DNA from: an uncultured Gammaproteobacteria bacterium
GTDB lineage: Bacteria > Pseudomonadota > Gammaproteobacteria > UBA9214
Direction of reading: 5' to 3'
Assembly: GCA_963773065.1 (NCBI GenBank)
Contig: CAVYZN010000011.1
Span: forward strand, 288,001 to 352,000
Length of the DNA: 64,000 nucleotides
This document shows positions 11,738-24,000 of this stretch, in pieces. A program made the translations under genes and the position numbers. The notes beneath the pieces are model-generated. The model ran no database searches. It had not been told where the DNA came from and worked only from the letters and a program-made list of their open reading frames with translations. Position 1 is the first letter of the stretch. Every line of letters starts with the position of its first letter.

Positions 11738-14011
11738 TCAGGTTTCAAGTCCGCAGTCCGCGGTGTGGTTCAAGGGGCCGGTTCCGGGTTCGCGGCGCCG
11801 CTCGTTGCAGGTTCCGCCTGCTGTTCGGCCACCGGCCATTGTGCCCTGATCTTTTCCCACCACTGGGTGATATAGCCCCGCTGCCAGAGCACACCCAGCA
11901 CGATGAGCAACACCACCAGGAACAGGTAGAGGCGCCAGGGTCGCTTGCTTCTCCGCGAACGGATCGCGCAGCGATCGCTCCGCCCCAGGGGGTAGCGTGG
12001 CGGTGCCGGTCAGCGTGGCGCCGAAGGGGATGTTGATCCGGGCGAGCGTGTTTACCGCCCAACCGTTGGCGTCGAGGATGGGGCCGAGGTTGCGCTGGCG
12101 CAGTTTGAGATAGGCCATCAGCATCGACGGGCCGGAGATGACGAGCATCAGCCCGACGAACGCAAGAGGCATCTGCCACCAGCTCAGTCCCAGGAATCCG
12201 GTGACCACGGAGGCGAGCGCCGTGCCGATGGCGCCGAGCGCGAGGCCGATGGCGGCGAAGATACCGGCGAACTTGGCGATATCGAACGGCGTGGCGGGCG
12301 TCGCCTTGCCGGCCTCCGTCTTGGCCGACACATCGGCGATGCCCTTGGCCGCGCCCGCATCGACCGCTTTCTCGCGTGCCCCGGCGAATTTTTCGATCTG
12401 CTCCGTTAGCAGGCGCGCCACGCGCTTGTACGGCGCCCAGAAGGCCTGCGAGACGCTGATCGGATGCTCGATGATCTTGACGATGGTGGCGTCCCAGTCA
12501 CGGCCCTTGCGGTCGTAGAACACGCCGTTGCGACCCGTCATGAGGTTGTCGGAATCTCCGCCCGTGAACGCCGCGACAATGGTCATTCGGTCATCACCGC
12601 CGCGGCGGCGGCACTCGCAATAGGCAAGATAGGTGCGACTGAGGCCAGAGAGCGCGCTGTGGGCCGCGACGTCGGCAACGCGCACGCAGAGCTCGCAACT
12701 GCGTCCGTCGAGGTAGAGGGTTCCCGCCTGGAATATCGCCTTCTTTCCGGGCGTATAGAAGTCGCGCAGCGAGACGAAATTGCAGAGCAGGCAATGCAGG
12801 TTGCCGGTAGTAGTGCACCAGACGGTCAACCGACTCGATTGCGTCCGCCTCGCCTTCGAGCGCCGTGTCCTGTGCAATGAGCGCGGCCAGACGGGCTTCG
12901 GTTCCGTCACCGAGAAGTTCCTTCGACCCGTTCGATGCCGAGCGATTCCACGGCCGCCCCCCGCTTGCGTTTGAGCCAGGCCGCGTGGGCCGCGAACCGC
13001 CCGCGGATGTCCTGCCACCGGGCCTCGTCGAGTTCGTCGAGATTCCCGAGAAGCGGCACGACCACCGCGGCGCGAAAGTGCGCGAGCGCCGCGGACCAGG
13101 CCGGATTAACCGTATCGCCCAAGGGCAAGGGCCGTTCGGCCTCGATGCGCGCCAGGGGAAATGCCGCCACCTCCGCGGTCGCGGCCGACAATTCCTTCAG
13201 CGCGATCGCCGTGTAGTCGGCCTCCGCCGGGTTGAGCGGATTGGCGGCGCGCGCGTCATAGCCGGCGAGCCGCGTACGGGTGAAGTAGTCGTCTATCTTT
13301 GCCCTTACGGCCTCGAAGGCCTGCACCGTCGCGGCGGTTTCATCCCCGAGAGGCAGCACATTCGGGGCATCCGCCTCGGCCTCGGCCCACCAGTCCGCGT
13401 AGGCGCGCGCCGCCTCGAAGAAGCGCTCGGCTAAGCGCCTGGGAGATGCCTTCGGCGCCGCTGCGATCCGGGGTCGAGCCGACGCAGGCCATGATGTCCT
13501 CGATGACCCGGGCGAGCAGGGGATCATCCGCGGATGCAGGCGGTACCACGCCGTCGCCGTTGAAACGGGTGCTGGCGAATATCCTGCTGGTATCGGCGGT
13601 GTCCTCGGCGGTGATGATCCCGGCGTCGGTCTTGCCCAGATTTTCGAGGATGCGCCGCGCCGACCTGAGGACCCGCCGGCCCTCCTCGGTCTCGGGGTTG
13701 ATCGCGGCGAGCGGCAGGCTCGCCTCGCCCTTGAGCAGGTCGCCCGGATCCTGCAATACGCGGCAGGTCCAGTTGACCGCGGCAAGCACCTCGGGCACGC
13801 GTATGCGCCCGTCGCCGTCGGTGTCTAGCAGCGCCAGCGTGTGCTCGTCGAACTCTACGCCTCTGGCCGGGCAACTCAAGGCCGCCCATAGCTTCTGGTC
13901 GAGTTCGGGAAGATGACGGATGTCCTCGCCCGACTCGATACGCACCTGGTCGAAACCGCCCAGCCGGTGAAAACGCCAGTGGTGACCATTACCACGGGTC
14001 AGCAATGTCAT
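11738..14011 (-). CDS. Large hypothetical protein with EF-hand-like loops and C-terminal TM pair (frameshifted)
   Basis: DTDGDGRI, FNGDGVV, GRNGVFYDRKGRDWDATI, NLGPILDANGWAVN across three ORFs. Confidence 0.7.
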
Positions 14012-14153
14012 ATGCCATTCTCCTCGATGTTATTGCTTATTGTGACTGCGTTCGCCAAAGGCTGGCGATAGGATACGCGAGCGCAATACCAGCGCAGAAA
14101 ACGCGCGCCGAAAAAATTTTCGGGATCAACGCAGCCATCGCGCCTTCGTTACA

Positions 14154-14419
14154 TTACGTCAGCTTTTCCTCGATGGTGGCGATGCCGGCCTTCGCGCAGG
14201 CGTCGTCCTGTTCGCCGCTGGGGCCCCGGATACCCCAACGGCGCCGACCGCGACCTGGTAACCCTTCTCGCGGCACGCCTTGAGGGTGGCCTGGGCCAGT
14301 TCCAGCGCGGCCTCGGGGGTAAGCATCTTGAAACTGACCAGCGCCTCCTCTGCAGCGGCAGGCGGCAGGCTGCACAGCATGCCCAGGATGAACGTAGCCT
14401 TCAGTGTGTTTCTTTTCAT
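14154..14419 (-). pseudogene. GlcG/HbpS heme-binding protein with internal deletion
   Basis: Signal peptide and LTPEAALELAQATLKACREKGYQVAV join directly to GAVGVSGA...QDDACAKAGI; central part absent. Confidence 0.65.
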
Positions 14420-14480
14420 TGCAGTCTCCTCCTGCGTCACCGTGCGGTGATGAGGCAATTGTAGTTTAAAAGCAACGACG

Positions 14481-15224
14481 GTGGTCCTCCTGTTTCTTTC
14501 AATTTTCACCCGATCCGCCGAAAACAAACCAGGGGGCGCGGTCAGCGCCGGGATCGGGGAGCATGACAGGGTGCAAAACAGCGGTGTGATCCATCGGGCA
14601 GTCCTGCTTTACAGCGACAGATCGCTGGCGTTCCTGCTGCTCACTAACCTGGTGACCGTCGTATGGGCCGTGCTGCAGCAATGGAATGTCACCGACCTGC
14701 TATGGATCTACTGGGGTCAGAGCGTGATCATCGGCTACTACAACGTGCACCGCATCGTCGATCTCGACCAGTTCTCTACCGACAGCTTTCTGATCAATAA
14801 CTGGACGATGGAGCCTACGCGCGAAACGCAGCGCTGCACCGCCGTGTGCTTCGCCCTGCACTACGGGTTGTCCCACCTGGGCTATGGCGTTTTTCTTTTG
14901 ACCACTTTCCGCATCCATGCCGGCTTCCCGTTGGCCGGCGTCTTACTCTGCCTACTCGCTTTCTATTTAAATCACCGCTTTTCCTACCGCTACAACCGGG
15001 AGCGCGACCGCGTTCCGAACATCGAGACCCTCATGTTCTTTCCCTACGTGCGCATCATACCCATGCAGCTCATAATCCTGCTGGGCGCCCACTACGCCGG
15101 CGATAACACTGCAGCGCTGGTCATGTTCCTGCTGCTCAAGACCGCGGCGGATGTCGCCCTGCACGTCATCGAACATGCCACGGCGAGTGCCGGCGCCGGG
15201 CATGTGTCTCGCCGCCTGCCCTGA
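14481..15224 (+). CDS. Multi-pass membrane protein (DUF6498-like); true start probably downstream
   Basis: WIYWGQSVIIG, FALHYG, FFPYVRIIPMQ, LKTAADVALH. Confidence 0.7.
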   Translation: MVLLFLSIFTRSAENKPGGAVSAGIGEHDRVQNSGVIHRAVLLYSDRSLAFLLLTNLVTVVWAVLQQWNVTDLLWIYWGQSVIIGYYNVHRIVDLDQFSTDSFLINNWTMEPTRETQRCTAVCFALHYGLSHLGYGVFLLTTFRIHAGFPLAGVLLCLLAFYLNHRFSYRYNRERDRVPNIETLMFFPYVRIIPMQLIILLGAHYAGDNTAALVMFLLLKTAADVALHVIEHATASAGAGHVSRRLP

Positions 15225-15496
15225 ACCGATGCGCCGTTCATAAACCCGCAACCCTTCTGTTTACCCCACGGTCTTTTCAAGTTGGTTAGAGGATCACCGG
15301 CAATGTACTCAACTTGCCCCTATTGGGTTCGCGCTGGACAAAATCGCGCAACGTTGCATGCAGCGCACCTGACTCCGTTGATCCATAAGGAATACCGATT
15401 GTTGCCGTTAATCCTGTGAGCCGCGACAGCGAAGCAGGCCGCGCGGCGGGAATACTACGACGGGTTTAGTTTCATGCAAGCAGTGTGGAGAGCATT

Positions 15497-16154
15497 ATGG
15501 TGAGCACAATCCAGCGGGTTGCGACATTGGCACGGCGGGCGACGGGGCCATGGGCGATGATCCTGATCATCCTGTCGATCGTAGGCTGCGCGACCATGGA
15601 CAAGGACGAATGCCTGGTCGCGGACTGGCGGCTGGTCGGCTTCCAGGACGGGGCGCAAGGAAAATCGGCCGCCGCCATCGGCACCTATCGCGAGGACTGC
15701 GCCAGCTATCGCGTGGTGCCGGACTTGGACGCCTACCAGGCCGGCCGCAGGGAAGGTCTGCTGCAGTACTGCGTGCCGGTCGAATGGCTATCGCCTGGGT
15801 GATTCGGGCCACGCCTATGCCGCGGTGTGCCCCGCGGAGACGGAACGGGCATTCCGCGCCGCCTATAACACCGGCCGCGACATTTACCTGGCGCGCTCCC
15901 AGGTGAACAGCACCCATTCGCTGATCCAGAGCAAACAGCAGGCGATCCAGTCCCTGGAAGAAGACAGGCAGAACAAGCTCACGGAAATGGTCCGGCAGGG
16001 ACTGAGCAGCGATCAGCGCGTGCTGCTGCTCTACGATGTCACCAATATCGAAAGGGATATCCATGCCGCGAACCACGACATCAACGCCCTGGAACGCGAT
16101 CTCGAGCAGCAGCAGGCGAAGCTGGATTATCTGCTGAATAACAGCCCCTACTGA
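15497..16154 (+). CDS. DUF2799-family lipoprotein (frameshifted)
   Basis: Lipobox IVGC, ECLVADWRLVGFQDG, GLLQYC, coiled-coil C-terminus. Confidence 0.75.
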
Positions 16155-16354
16155 CGGGACCACGGGGGCTTCCCCTCGCCGGGCGTGTAAAATACCCCCA
16201 TCAGGATCGATGGGGTTTCACCCCTGCCACCATCGGCCTGACGGCGATCGGCGGGAAGAAAAGTGGGGCATTCTGACTATCGGTTTACGCTTCGTTGCCG
16301 CAGGCACCGCGCATGAATTCAGAATGCCCCCGTTTATGCCATGATCAAGGTGTG

Positions 16355-18319
16355 ATGAACCCGACGTATCCCGATTTCCTACCGGAGCTGCCCGCGGAGC
16401 CGGCGGCGCTGATCGAGGCCGTGCTCGGCAGCGACCGGCGCGTGCTGCTGGTCGGTTCGCCGGGCGTCGGCAAGTCCACGCTGGTCGATGCTCTGGCGGC
16501 GGCGCTCGCGCGCGCCGGGCGCACCTGCCGCTGCCTCGGCGCCGATCCCGGCTCGCCCCTGTTCGGCGTGCCCGGCGCCGTGTGTCTGGGCCGCCGGGAG
16601 GGCGAGGTCTGGGTGCTGGAAGGTATCGAGGCGCTCTGCACTTTGGATGCCGGGCGCTTCCGCCTGCCGCTGGTCGCGGCGCTGCGGCGGCTGGCGCGGA
16701 CGGTCGAGGAAGGCGTGCTGCTGGTGGACGGGCCCGGGGTGGTGCGCGGCGTGGCCGGCGCGGAACTGCTGCCCGCCGATGGTCGAGGCGGCGCGCATCG
16801 AGGCGGTGCTGGTGCTGACGCGCGCAGGCCGGCCGGCGCCGCTGCGGCAGGAGCTGCGCGCATTGTCCGTCGAAGTCTACGCCGTGCCAGCGGCGGAGCA
16901 GGCCAGCCGCCCCGGCCAGCGTTCGCGGGCGCGCTGGCGCACCGGCCTGTGGGATGCTTATTTGACGGGAGCCGAGGAACGCGTGCTCGACGCCGGCCGG
17001 CTGCGGCTTATCGGCACACCGCCGCCGCTCGATGCCCCCGGCGCCTGGAGCGGGAGGCAGATCGCGCTGCTGGATGGCGAGCGCACGCTCGTCCTGGGCG
17101 AAGTCATCGCCATCGAGGGCGAGCGGCTGCGCGCGCGCCTGCCCGCCGGGGCGGAGGACGCCCGGACACTGCTGGTGCGCGATGCCGCGCGGCTCGCGGA
17201 CGGGCGCCTCGGCAGCGCCGTGCGCTTCACGGCGGACCGGTTCGGCTATCTGCCGCCGCCTGATCTCATGCCGCACGCGCCGTATGCCGCGGTGAGCGGG
17301 CCGCGGCCGGTCGGACGGGTGGGGATGCTGAGCGTCTGCCTGGTCAACGGCGTCTTCGGCGACCCGCTGCTGCACGCGCGCCTGCGCCACCGGCGGCGCA
17401 GCCTGCTGTTCGACCTCGGCGAGGGGACGCGGCTGCCGGCGCGCGTGGCCCACCAGGTGAGCGATGTGTTCATCACCCATGCGCACATCGACCACATCGC
17501 CGGATTCCTCTGGCTGCTGCGCGTCGCGCATCGGCGAGGCCACACTCTGCCGCCTCCACGGCCCGCCGGGCCTGGCCGCGAACATCGACGGCCTCATGCG
17601 CGGCATCCTCTGGGACCGCGTGGGCGAGCGCGGCCCGCGCTTCGAGGTGAGCGAGCTGCACGGCGAGCGTCTGCGGCGCTACACGGTGCAGGGCGGGCGC
17701 CCCGGCGCCACGCCGCTGGAGGAGCGGGCGGCGGCGGACGGCGTGGTGCTCGAGGATCCGGGCTTTCGCGTGCGCGCCGTAACCCTTTCGCACGTCTCGC
17801 CGGTGCTCGCCTACGCCTTCGAGCCCGCGCGCACGCTCAACATCCGCAAGGACCGCCTGCAGGCGCGGGGCCTGCCGCCGGGGCCGTGGCTGGGCGAGCT
17901 GAAGCGCTGCGTGCAGGCGGGGGAAGGCGATACGCGCATCGCGCTGCCCGACGGGTGGGAGCGAGACCGCGCAGGCGCTGGCGGCCGACCTCGTCCTCAT
18001 CAGCCCCGGCAAGAAGCTGGTCTACGCCACGGACTTCGCCGACAGCCCGGAGAATCGCGCCCGCGTGATCGCGCTCGCGCGCGGCGCCCACACCCTGTTC
18101 TGCGAATCGACCTTCCTCGAGGCCGACGCCGCGCAGGCCGCGCGCACCGCCCACCTCACCACCCGCGCCTGCGCCGAGATCGCCGAGGCCGCCGGCGTCG
18201 CCCGGCTGGTGCCGTTCCACTTCTCGCGCCGCTACGAAAAAGACCCCGCACCCGTCTACGCCGAAATCGCCGCCGCCTGCGCCGCCGTGGTCATTCCCGA
18301 CACCCTCGCCATCGACTGA
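16355..18319 (+). CDS. Clp1-like polynucleotide kinase fused to RNase Z-like metallo-beta-lactamase fold (frameshifted)
   Basis: GSPGVGKST and ADPGSP in the N-terminus; LLFDLGE, THAHIDH, YATD, CESTF, AHLT, PFHFSRRY in the C-terminus. Confidence 0.75.
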
Positions 18320-18487
18320 CCACCGCCACATCCCCGTGGGTCATGCGGAAGCGCGGCGTCCCTGGCGGTTAAATTCTTTATCCCCAAGCGATAGCGCACG
18401 CGCCCGGGTTCTACGTGCGGATATACGACGTGCTACTATCTTCACCGATAACGCCGCCGTCGCCGTCGCCACAAGAACGTCACCGCC

Positions 18488-18847
18488 ATGGATTCACTGG
18501 AACACCTCAAGACCCGCCTGCGCGAATTCGCCGCCGTGCGCGACTGGGAGCAGTTCCACTCCCCCAAGAATCTGGCCATGGCGCTGATCGTGGAGGCGGC
18601 CGAACTGGTCGAGCACTTCCAATGGTTGACCGAAGCACAAAGCGGCGCCCTGCCGCCCGACAAGCTCGCCGAGGTGGAACAGGAACTCGCCGACATCCAG
18701 ATCTACCTCATCCGCCTTGCCGACAAGCTGAACATCGACCTCAAGCAGGCCGTGGACGCCAAGATCGAGCTGAACGAACGGAGATACCCCGTGGAAAAAG
18801 TGCGCGGCAGCGCGAAGAAATACACCGAGTTCGATAGCGGCTGCTGA
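18488..18847 (+). CDS. MazG-like nucleotide pyrophosphohydrolase (dCTPP1-like)
   Basis: RDWEQFHSPKNLAMALIVEAAELVEHFQW and ELADI motifs. Confidence 0.9.
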   Translation: MDSLEHLKTRLREFAAVRDWEQFHSPKNLAMALIVEAAELVEHFQWLTEAQSGALPPDKLAEVEQELADIQIYLIRLADKLNIDLKQAVDAKIELNERRYPVEKVRGSAKKYTEFDSGC

Positions 18848-18894
18848 GCAACTCAGAAGCCGACCCTCACGCCGATGCCGAACAGGCAGCCGGT

Positions 18895-19450
18895 TCAACG
18901 CCAGTAGGGATAGCCGAATGGATACCAGGGATCGTGATACCACGGACCGTACCAGGGATCGTACCACCCGGGATACGGATACCCGTAAGGCGCCTGGGTT
19001 TCCTTGGGCCACAGGTACCAGGCCTGCGCCTCGACGACGGGATAGGTATAGGGAAATTCGCCTACCTTGCGGGTTTCGGTGCGCCGCAGCGTGCCGGTGA
19101 CGGTGACCTTGCGATCGGCGGCATAGACCGTCGGGTCCAGGAATTCGGGCACGATGGCGATGAAACGCCCGCCGCTGTCATCGCTGAGATCGGGTTCGCC
19201 GTCCTTGCTGAGCGACGATGCCAGCACGGTGAGCCAGGTGGCGTTCTCCCGGTTCTCGGTTTCTATCAGTTTGCCGCCCCAGCGGACCTGCCGCGCCAGA
19301 TAGTCCGCGGCATTCCCGCGCACCTCCTCCAGCGACGGGTTGTCGGGCGGCGCTTCCCGGATCGTTCTGGGGAATCTGCGAGGCACACGCGGTGAGCAAC
19401 AGGCCGGTCAGCAGCCATTCGAAGCAGGCTTTGGGTATGAGGCAGCGCAT
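18895..19450 (-). CDS. Slp-family outer membrane lipoprotein
   Basis: Lipobox LTAC, VRWGGK, GRFIA, FLDP, YPVV; Tyr/Pro/Trp-rich tail; one frameshift. Confidence 0.85.
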
Positions 19451-19581
19451 AGTCAGATTCTAGCCCGCATCCGTCACCGCTTCTTCGAATTGTCGTGATG
19501 CGGGTTGGTGTCGAAAACCTCAGGGACAGACCACGTTTCTAATCCGGCTTTGCGGGCTTCCGGCTTTCCCGGGTGTGACAC

Positions 19582-19741
19582 GAAGGGCACTTACTTAGGC
19601 GATTCCATAAATCGATGTAGGGTTAGGCCCGCCGTTTGTGCCATAACCCACCAATGTGCCGCCAGGCACTCACTAAATAAATGCGGTGTGTTGCTACGCA
19701 ACGCTGGTGGGTTACGCAAAAATCGCTCACCCAGCCTTCAC
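19582..19741 (-). mobile_element. Degenerate copy of the IS4-ended MITE carrying a GTAG REP doublet
   Basis: Aligns by eye to the reverse complement of 54499-54683, starting GAAGGGCACTTACTTA; far end eroded. Confidence 0.7.
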
Positions 19742-20290
19742 TCAGAAGCCGAAGCCGACACCGACGCCGCTGCCCCAACTGCCGCCGCTGCCGCCTCCCA
19801 CGCCGATGCCGAACATGGTCGAGCTGCCGTCGCGCTCCCGTGCCGTGGGCCACAGATAGAGTTGCCGGGCGGCGATGACCGGGTAAACATAGTCCGCCTC
19901 GCCGACCCGCCCGGTCCGGGTGCCGGACACCGTTCCGACCACGGTGACCTGCCGGCCCTCGGCATAGCTGGCCGGTTCCAGGTAACCGGTCCGCTCGAGG
20001 ATGAAGCGTCCCTGCGGAGTGCCATCGCTTTTCGGCTGCCCGTCGGAGTCGAGCGGGAAGGCCAGTACCTCGATCTGCGTGCTGCCCTGCAGGTTGGTGG
20101 TGCGCACGATGGTGCCGCCCCACTGCACGCTCTTGCCCGTGGGCGGCTGCGGCCTGGCGGTAACGCCCTGCGGCGTCAGCGAGGGATCGACCCCGGCGGT
20201 ATTGAAGGTTGGCGCGCTGGCGCAGGCGCTCAGCAGCAGGAACAGGATGATTGGCAGGTAATAGCGTGGCAGCATAAGAATCCGGGTCAT
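19742..20290 (-). CDS. Slp-family outer membrane lipoprotein
   Basis: Lipobox LSAC, VQWGGTI, GRFI, YLEP, YVYPVI. Confidence 0.9.
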   Translation of the reverse strand: MTRILMLPRYYLPIILFLLLSACASAPTFNTAGVDPSLTPQGVTARPQPPTGKSVQWGGTIVRTTNLQGSTQIEVLAFPLDSDGQPKSDGTPQGRFILERTGYLEPASYAEGRQVTVVGTVSGTRTGRVGEADYVYPVIAARQLYLWPTARERDGSSTMFGIGVGGGSGGSWGSGVGVGFGF

Positions 20291-20520
20291 CGACAGTAGT
20301 GGTTAGAGGTAGCGGTACGGATGCCGGGGATCATACCACCAAGGAGACGGGTAATTAAGGCGCCGTTCGGTTTCCCCGGCAGCGTGCCGGTGACCCGCCG
20401 GTCGGGCGCATTGACCGGCACGGGCTGTCACTACGTAGTTTCCACAATTGTGAATTTTGATTGTGCTTGTGGGACAATCCCTTACAAATTAAAAACCGAC
20501 AAGGATGACAGCCGCCTCCT

Positions 20521-23478
20521 ATGGTCCAGCCGGAGGAACACGCCCGCCAACTCATTGACCGACTGCTGACCGCGGCCGGCTGGCAGGTCTGCGACCCCGG
20601 CGAGGTCCACCTCTCGGCCCATCGGGGCGTCGCCATCCGCGAGTTCCCGCTCAAGTCCGGCCACGGCTTCGCGGATTACCTGCTCTACGTCGACGGCAAG
20701 GCCGCCGGCGTCATCGAGGCCAAGAAAGCGGGCGCGACCCTGTCGGGGGTGGAGATTCAATCCAACAAGTACAGCAAGGGATTGCCCGACGGCCTGCCCG
20801 CCTGGCACAAGCCGCTGCCGTTTTCCTACCAGTCCACCGGCGCCGAGACCCGCTTCACCAACGGCCTCGACCCCGAACCCCGCGCCCGCGGCGTCTTCGC
20901 CTTCCACCGCCCCGAAACACTGGCCGACTGGCTGAACGATGCGTCCCCACTCCCACCGGGAGAGGGAATTAACTATGTAGGTCGGGTTAAGCGCAGCGAA
21001 CCCGACAAACCCGGCGTCGCAGACGCCGCATCATCCGATGAGGACCGTGGCCACGCCGCTCCTGGCCATCCATGGCCCCGCGGCATAAGTACCTCCATGT
21101 ACAAAACCTTCCTCGCCCGCCTGCGCCACCTGCCGCCGCTGTACGAGGAAGGTCTCTGGCCCGCCCAGATCACCGCGATCAACAACCTCGAACAGTCGCT
21201 CAGGGAAAACCGCCCCCGCGCCCTCATCCAGATGGCCACCGGCTCCGGCAAGACCTTCACCGCCATCAGCTTCATCTACCGCCTGATCAAGTTCGCCGGC
21301 GCGCGGAGAGTCCTGTTCCTGGTCGACCGCGGCAACCTCGGCGACCAGACGCTCAAGGAATTCCAGCAATACGCCTCGCCCTACAACAACTTCAAATTCA
21401 CCGAGGAGTACATCGTCCAGCGTCTGCAAGGCAACAGCATCGACTGGCCGGCGCGGGTCTGCATCTGCACCATCCAGCGCCTGTACTCCATGCTCAAGGG
21501 CAAAGACTTGCCCGAAGACCTCGAAGAAGAATCGGTCGACAAACTCGGCGGCCTGTTCAAACAGCCGGAGCCCATCGACTACAACCCCAGCATCCCCATC
21601 GAGACCTTCGACATCATCGTCACCGACGAATGCCACCGCTCCATCTACAACCTCTGGGCGCAGGTGCTGGAGTACTTCGACGCCTACCTGATCGGCCTCA
21701 CCGCCACGCCGAGCAAGCAGACCTTCGGCTTCTTCCACCAGAATCTGGTGATGGAATACAACCACGAAATGGCCGTGGCCGACGGCGTCAACGTCAACTA
21801 CGACGTCTACCGCATCCGCACCCAAATCACCCAGGCCGGCTCCCGGGTGGAGGCCGGCTACTCGGTGCAGATCCAGGAGCGCGACACGCGCAAGAAGCGC
21901 TGGGAACAGCTCGACGACGACTTCAGCTACGACCCCAACCAGCTCGACCGCGACGTGGTCGCCCCGGACCAGATCCGCAAGATCATCCGGACCTTCCGCG
22001 ACAAGCTGTTCACCGAAATCTTCCCCGGCCGCACCTGGGTGCCCAAGACCCTCATCTTCGCCAAGGACGACCCCATGCCGAGAACATCGTCGAGATCGTG
22101 CGCGAGGAGTTCGGCAAGGGCAACGACTTCGCCCAGAAGATCACCTACCGCACCACCGGCGCGAAACCGAAAGACCTCATCAACGAGTTCCGCACCAGCC
22201 CCATGCCGCGCATCGCCGTGACGGTCGACATGATCGCCACCGGCACCGACATCAAGGCGGTGGAAGTCGTCCTGTTCATGCGCGCCGTCAAATCCCGCGC
22301 CTTCTTCGAGCAGATGAAAGGCCGCGGCGTGCGCGTGATCGCGCCCGACGACCTGCAAAGCGTCACCCCCGACGCCAGGGCCAAGGACCACTTCGTCATC
22401 GTCGACGCCGTCGGCGTCTGCGAGCAGGACAAGACCGACTCCCGCCCCATGGAGCAGAAGCCCACCGTCAGCTTCGAAAAGCTCATGCAGGCCGTTGCCT
22501 TCGGCAACACCGAAGACGACGTACTCACCTCGCTCGCAGGCCGTCTCGCGCGCATGGAGCACCGTATCACCGCCGACGACGACAAGAGAATCCGCCAAGC
22601 GAGCGGCGGCTACGGCCTCAAAGACCTAGCCCACCGCATCGTCCAATCCCTCGACCCCGATACCACTTTCCCCTCCCCCTTCCAGGGGGAGGGCGAGGGT
22701 GGGGGTGAGAGACCCGTTCGCCCTGAGCCTGTCGAAGGGCGCACACTGCAAGCCGCTCGCAACAGCATCGTGCAAGCCGCCGTCAAACCCCTGCACGACC
22801 CTGCGTTGCGCCAACTATTGCTCGACCTAAAAGCCAAATCCGAAATCACCATCGACCACGTCAGCGCCGACGAAGTCCTCGAAAGCGGCTTCTCCCCCGA
22901 AGCCCTCGACCGCGCCAAAGGCATGGTCCAATCCTTCGAGCAATTCATCCAGGACCACAAGGACGAAATCACCGCCCTGCAGGTGCTCTACAGCAGACCC
23001 TGCAAACACCGCCTCACCTTCGAGGCCGTGAAGGAACTCGCCGACGCCATCGAAAAGCCGCCCTATCTCTGGAACGAATCCCAGCTCTGGAACGCCTACG
23101 CCGCACTGGAAAAATCCAAAGTCAAAGGCGCCAGCGGCAAACGCATCTTGACCGACCTCGTGTCGCTGGTGCGCTTCGCCATCCACCAGGACAACGAACT
23201 CGTCCCGTTCCCCGAACGCGTCAATGCCAACTTCAAGGCTTGGCTGGCATAGGAGCGGCCTCTGGCCGCGAACAGGGTGAGGGGCTCTTTTACCTCCGAA
23301 CAACTCCGCTGGCTCGAAATGATCCGCGACCACATCGCCGCGAACCTCGGCCATCGAGCCGGACGATTTCGAGTACGCGCCATTTTCGCAACAAGGCGGA
23401 CTCGGCAAAGTGCATCAGTTGTTCGGTGACGGACTGGCGCCGATAATGGACGATCTGAACAGCATGCTGGTGGCTTGA
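20521..23478 (+). CDS. hsdR: Type I restriction enzyme R subunit (EcoEI/EcoAI-like); frameshifts and an in-frame TAG at 23250
   Basis: ADYLL...IEAK nuclease motif, MATGSGKT, DECHRS, LTATP, QMKGRG, C-terminal WLEMIRDHIA...GGLGK. Confidence 0.9.
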
Positions 23479-23506
23479 TGGTAGCGGGGGCGGAATTGGA
23501 ACCGAC
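23479..23506 (-). other. Degenerate 3' end of an initiator-tRNA-like sequence (possible att remnant)
   Basis: Minus strand reads GTCGGTTCCAATTCCGCCCCCGCTACCA (T-arm-like segment, acceptor strand, CCA); no 5' half. Confidence 0.45.
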
Positions 23507-23582
23507 TGTGAGTCACCCAGCGGTTGCGCGGCAAACGGATTGCCGGGCGAATAATGTTGAATTATCCAAAAGGAGTTGGATC

Positions 23583-23890
23583 ATGGCCGTCAAGAAGACA
23601 GGAAATAATGAAGTCCTCGTATCGATGGACCGCGTCGCAGCAAAGATTCTGTTCATTCGCGGACAGAAAGTCATGCTGGACAGCGATTTGGCGGAACTCT
23701 ACGAGGTTGAGGCCAAGGTCTTGAACCAGGCCGTCAAGCGCAATATTGAGCGATTTCCAGCGGACTTTATGTTCCAACTCACGGCCGAGGAAGTCGCGCG
23801 TTTAAGGTCACAATTTGTGACCTTAAAGACCGGGCGCGGGCAACATCGGAAATACCAACCCTACGCCTTCACCGAACAGGGCGTGACCAC
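23583..23890 (+). pseudogene. ORF6N (KilA-N-like) DNA-binding protein, 3' truncated
   Basis: RGQKVMLDSDLAELY, VKRNIERFPADFMFQL, PYAFTEQGV, then unrelated sequence. Confidence 0.8.
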
Positions 23891-23971
23891 CGATTCATAT
23901 GAATACGAAAGAGGAAGAATTGAACGAGACGCTGGTGGCATGAGGATTCCGCGGCAGCCTGACAGCACGTA

Positions 23972-23999
23972 TTGACAAAAGTAACATAAAGGTTACCAT
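23972..23999 (+). promoter_or_regulatory. Sigma70-type promoter with palindromic operator for the TA operon
   Basis: TTGACA-16bp-TACCAT with GTAAC-N6-GTTAC at 23981-23996; implied start site is very close to the ATG. Confidence 0.55.
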
Positions 24000-24000
24000 A

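Noticed and set aside
18900-18985. Short tandem repeats GATACCAGGGATCG
   Set aside because: They encode the YDPW-rich tail of the Slp lipoprotein.
23479-23506. Intact tRNA gene
   Set aside because: Only a degenerate 3' portion is present; no D or anticodon arm.
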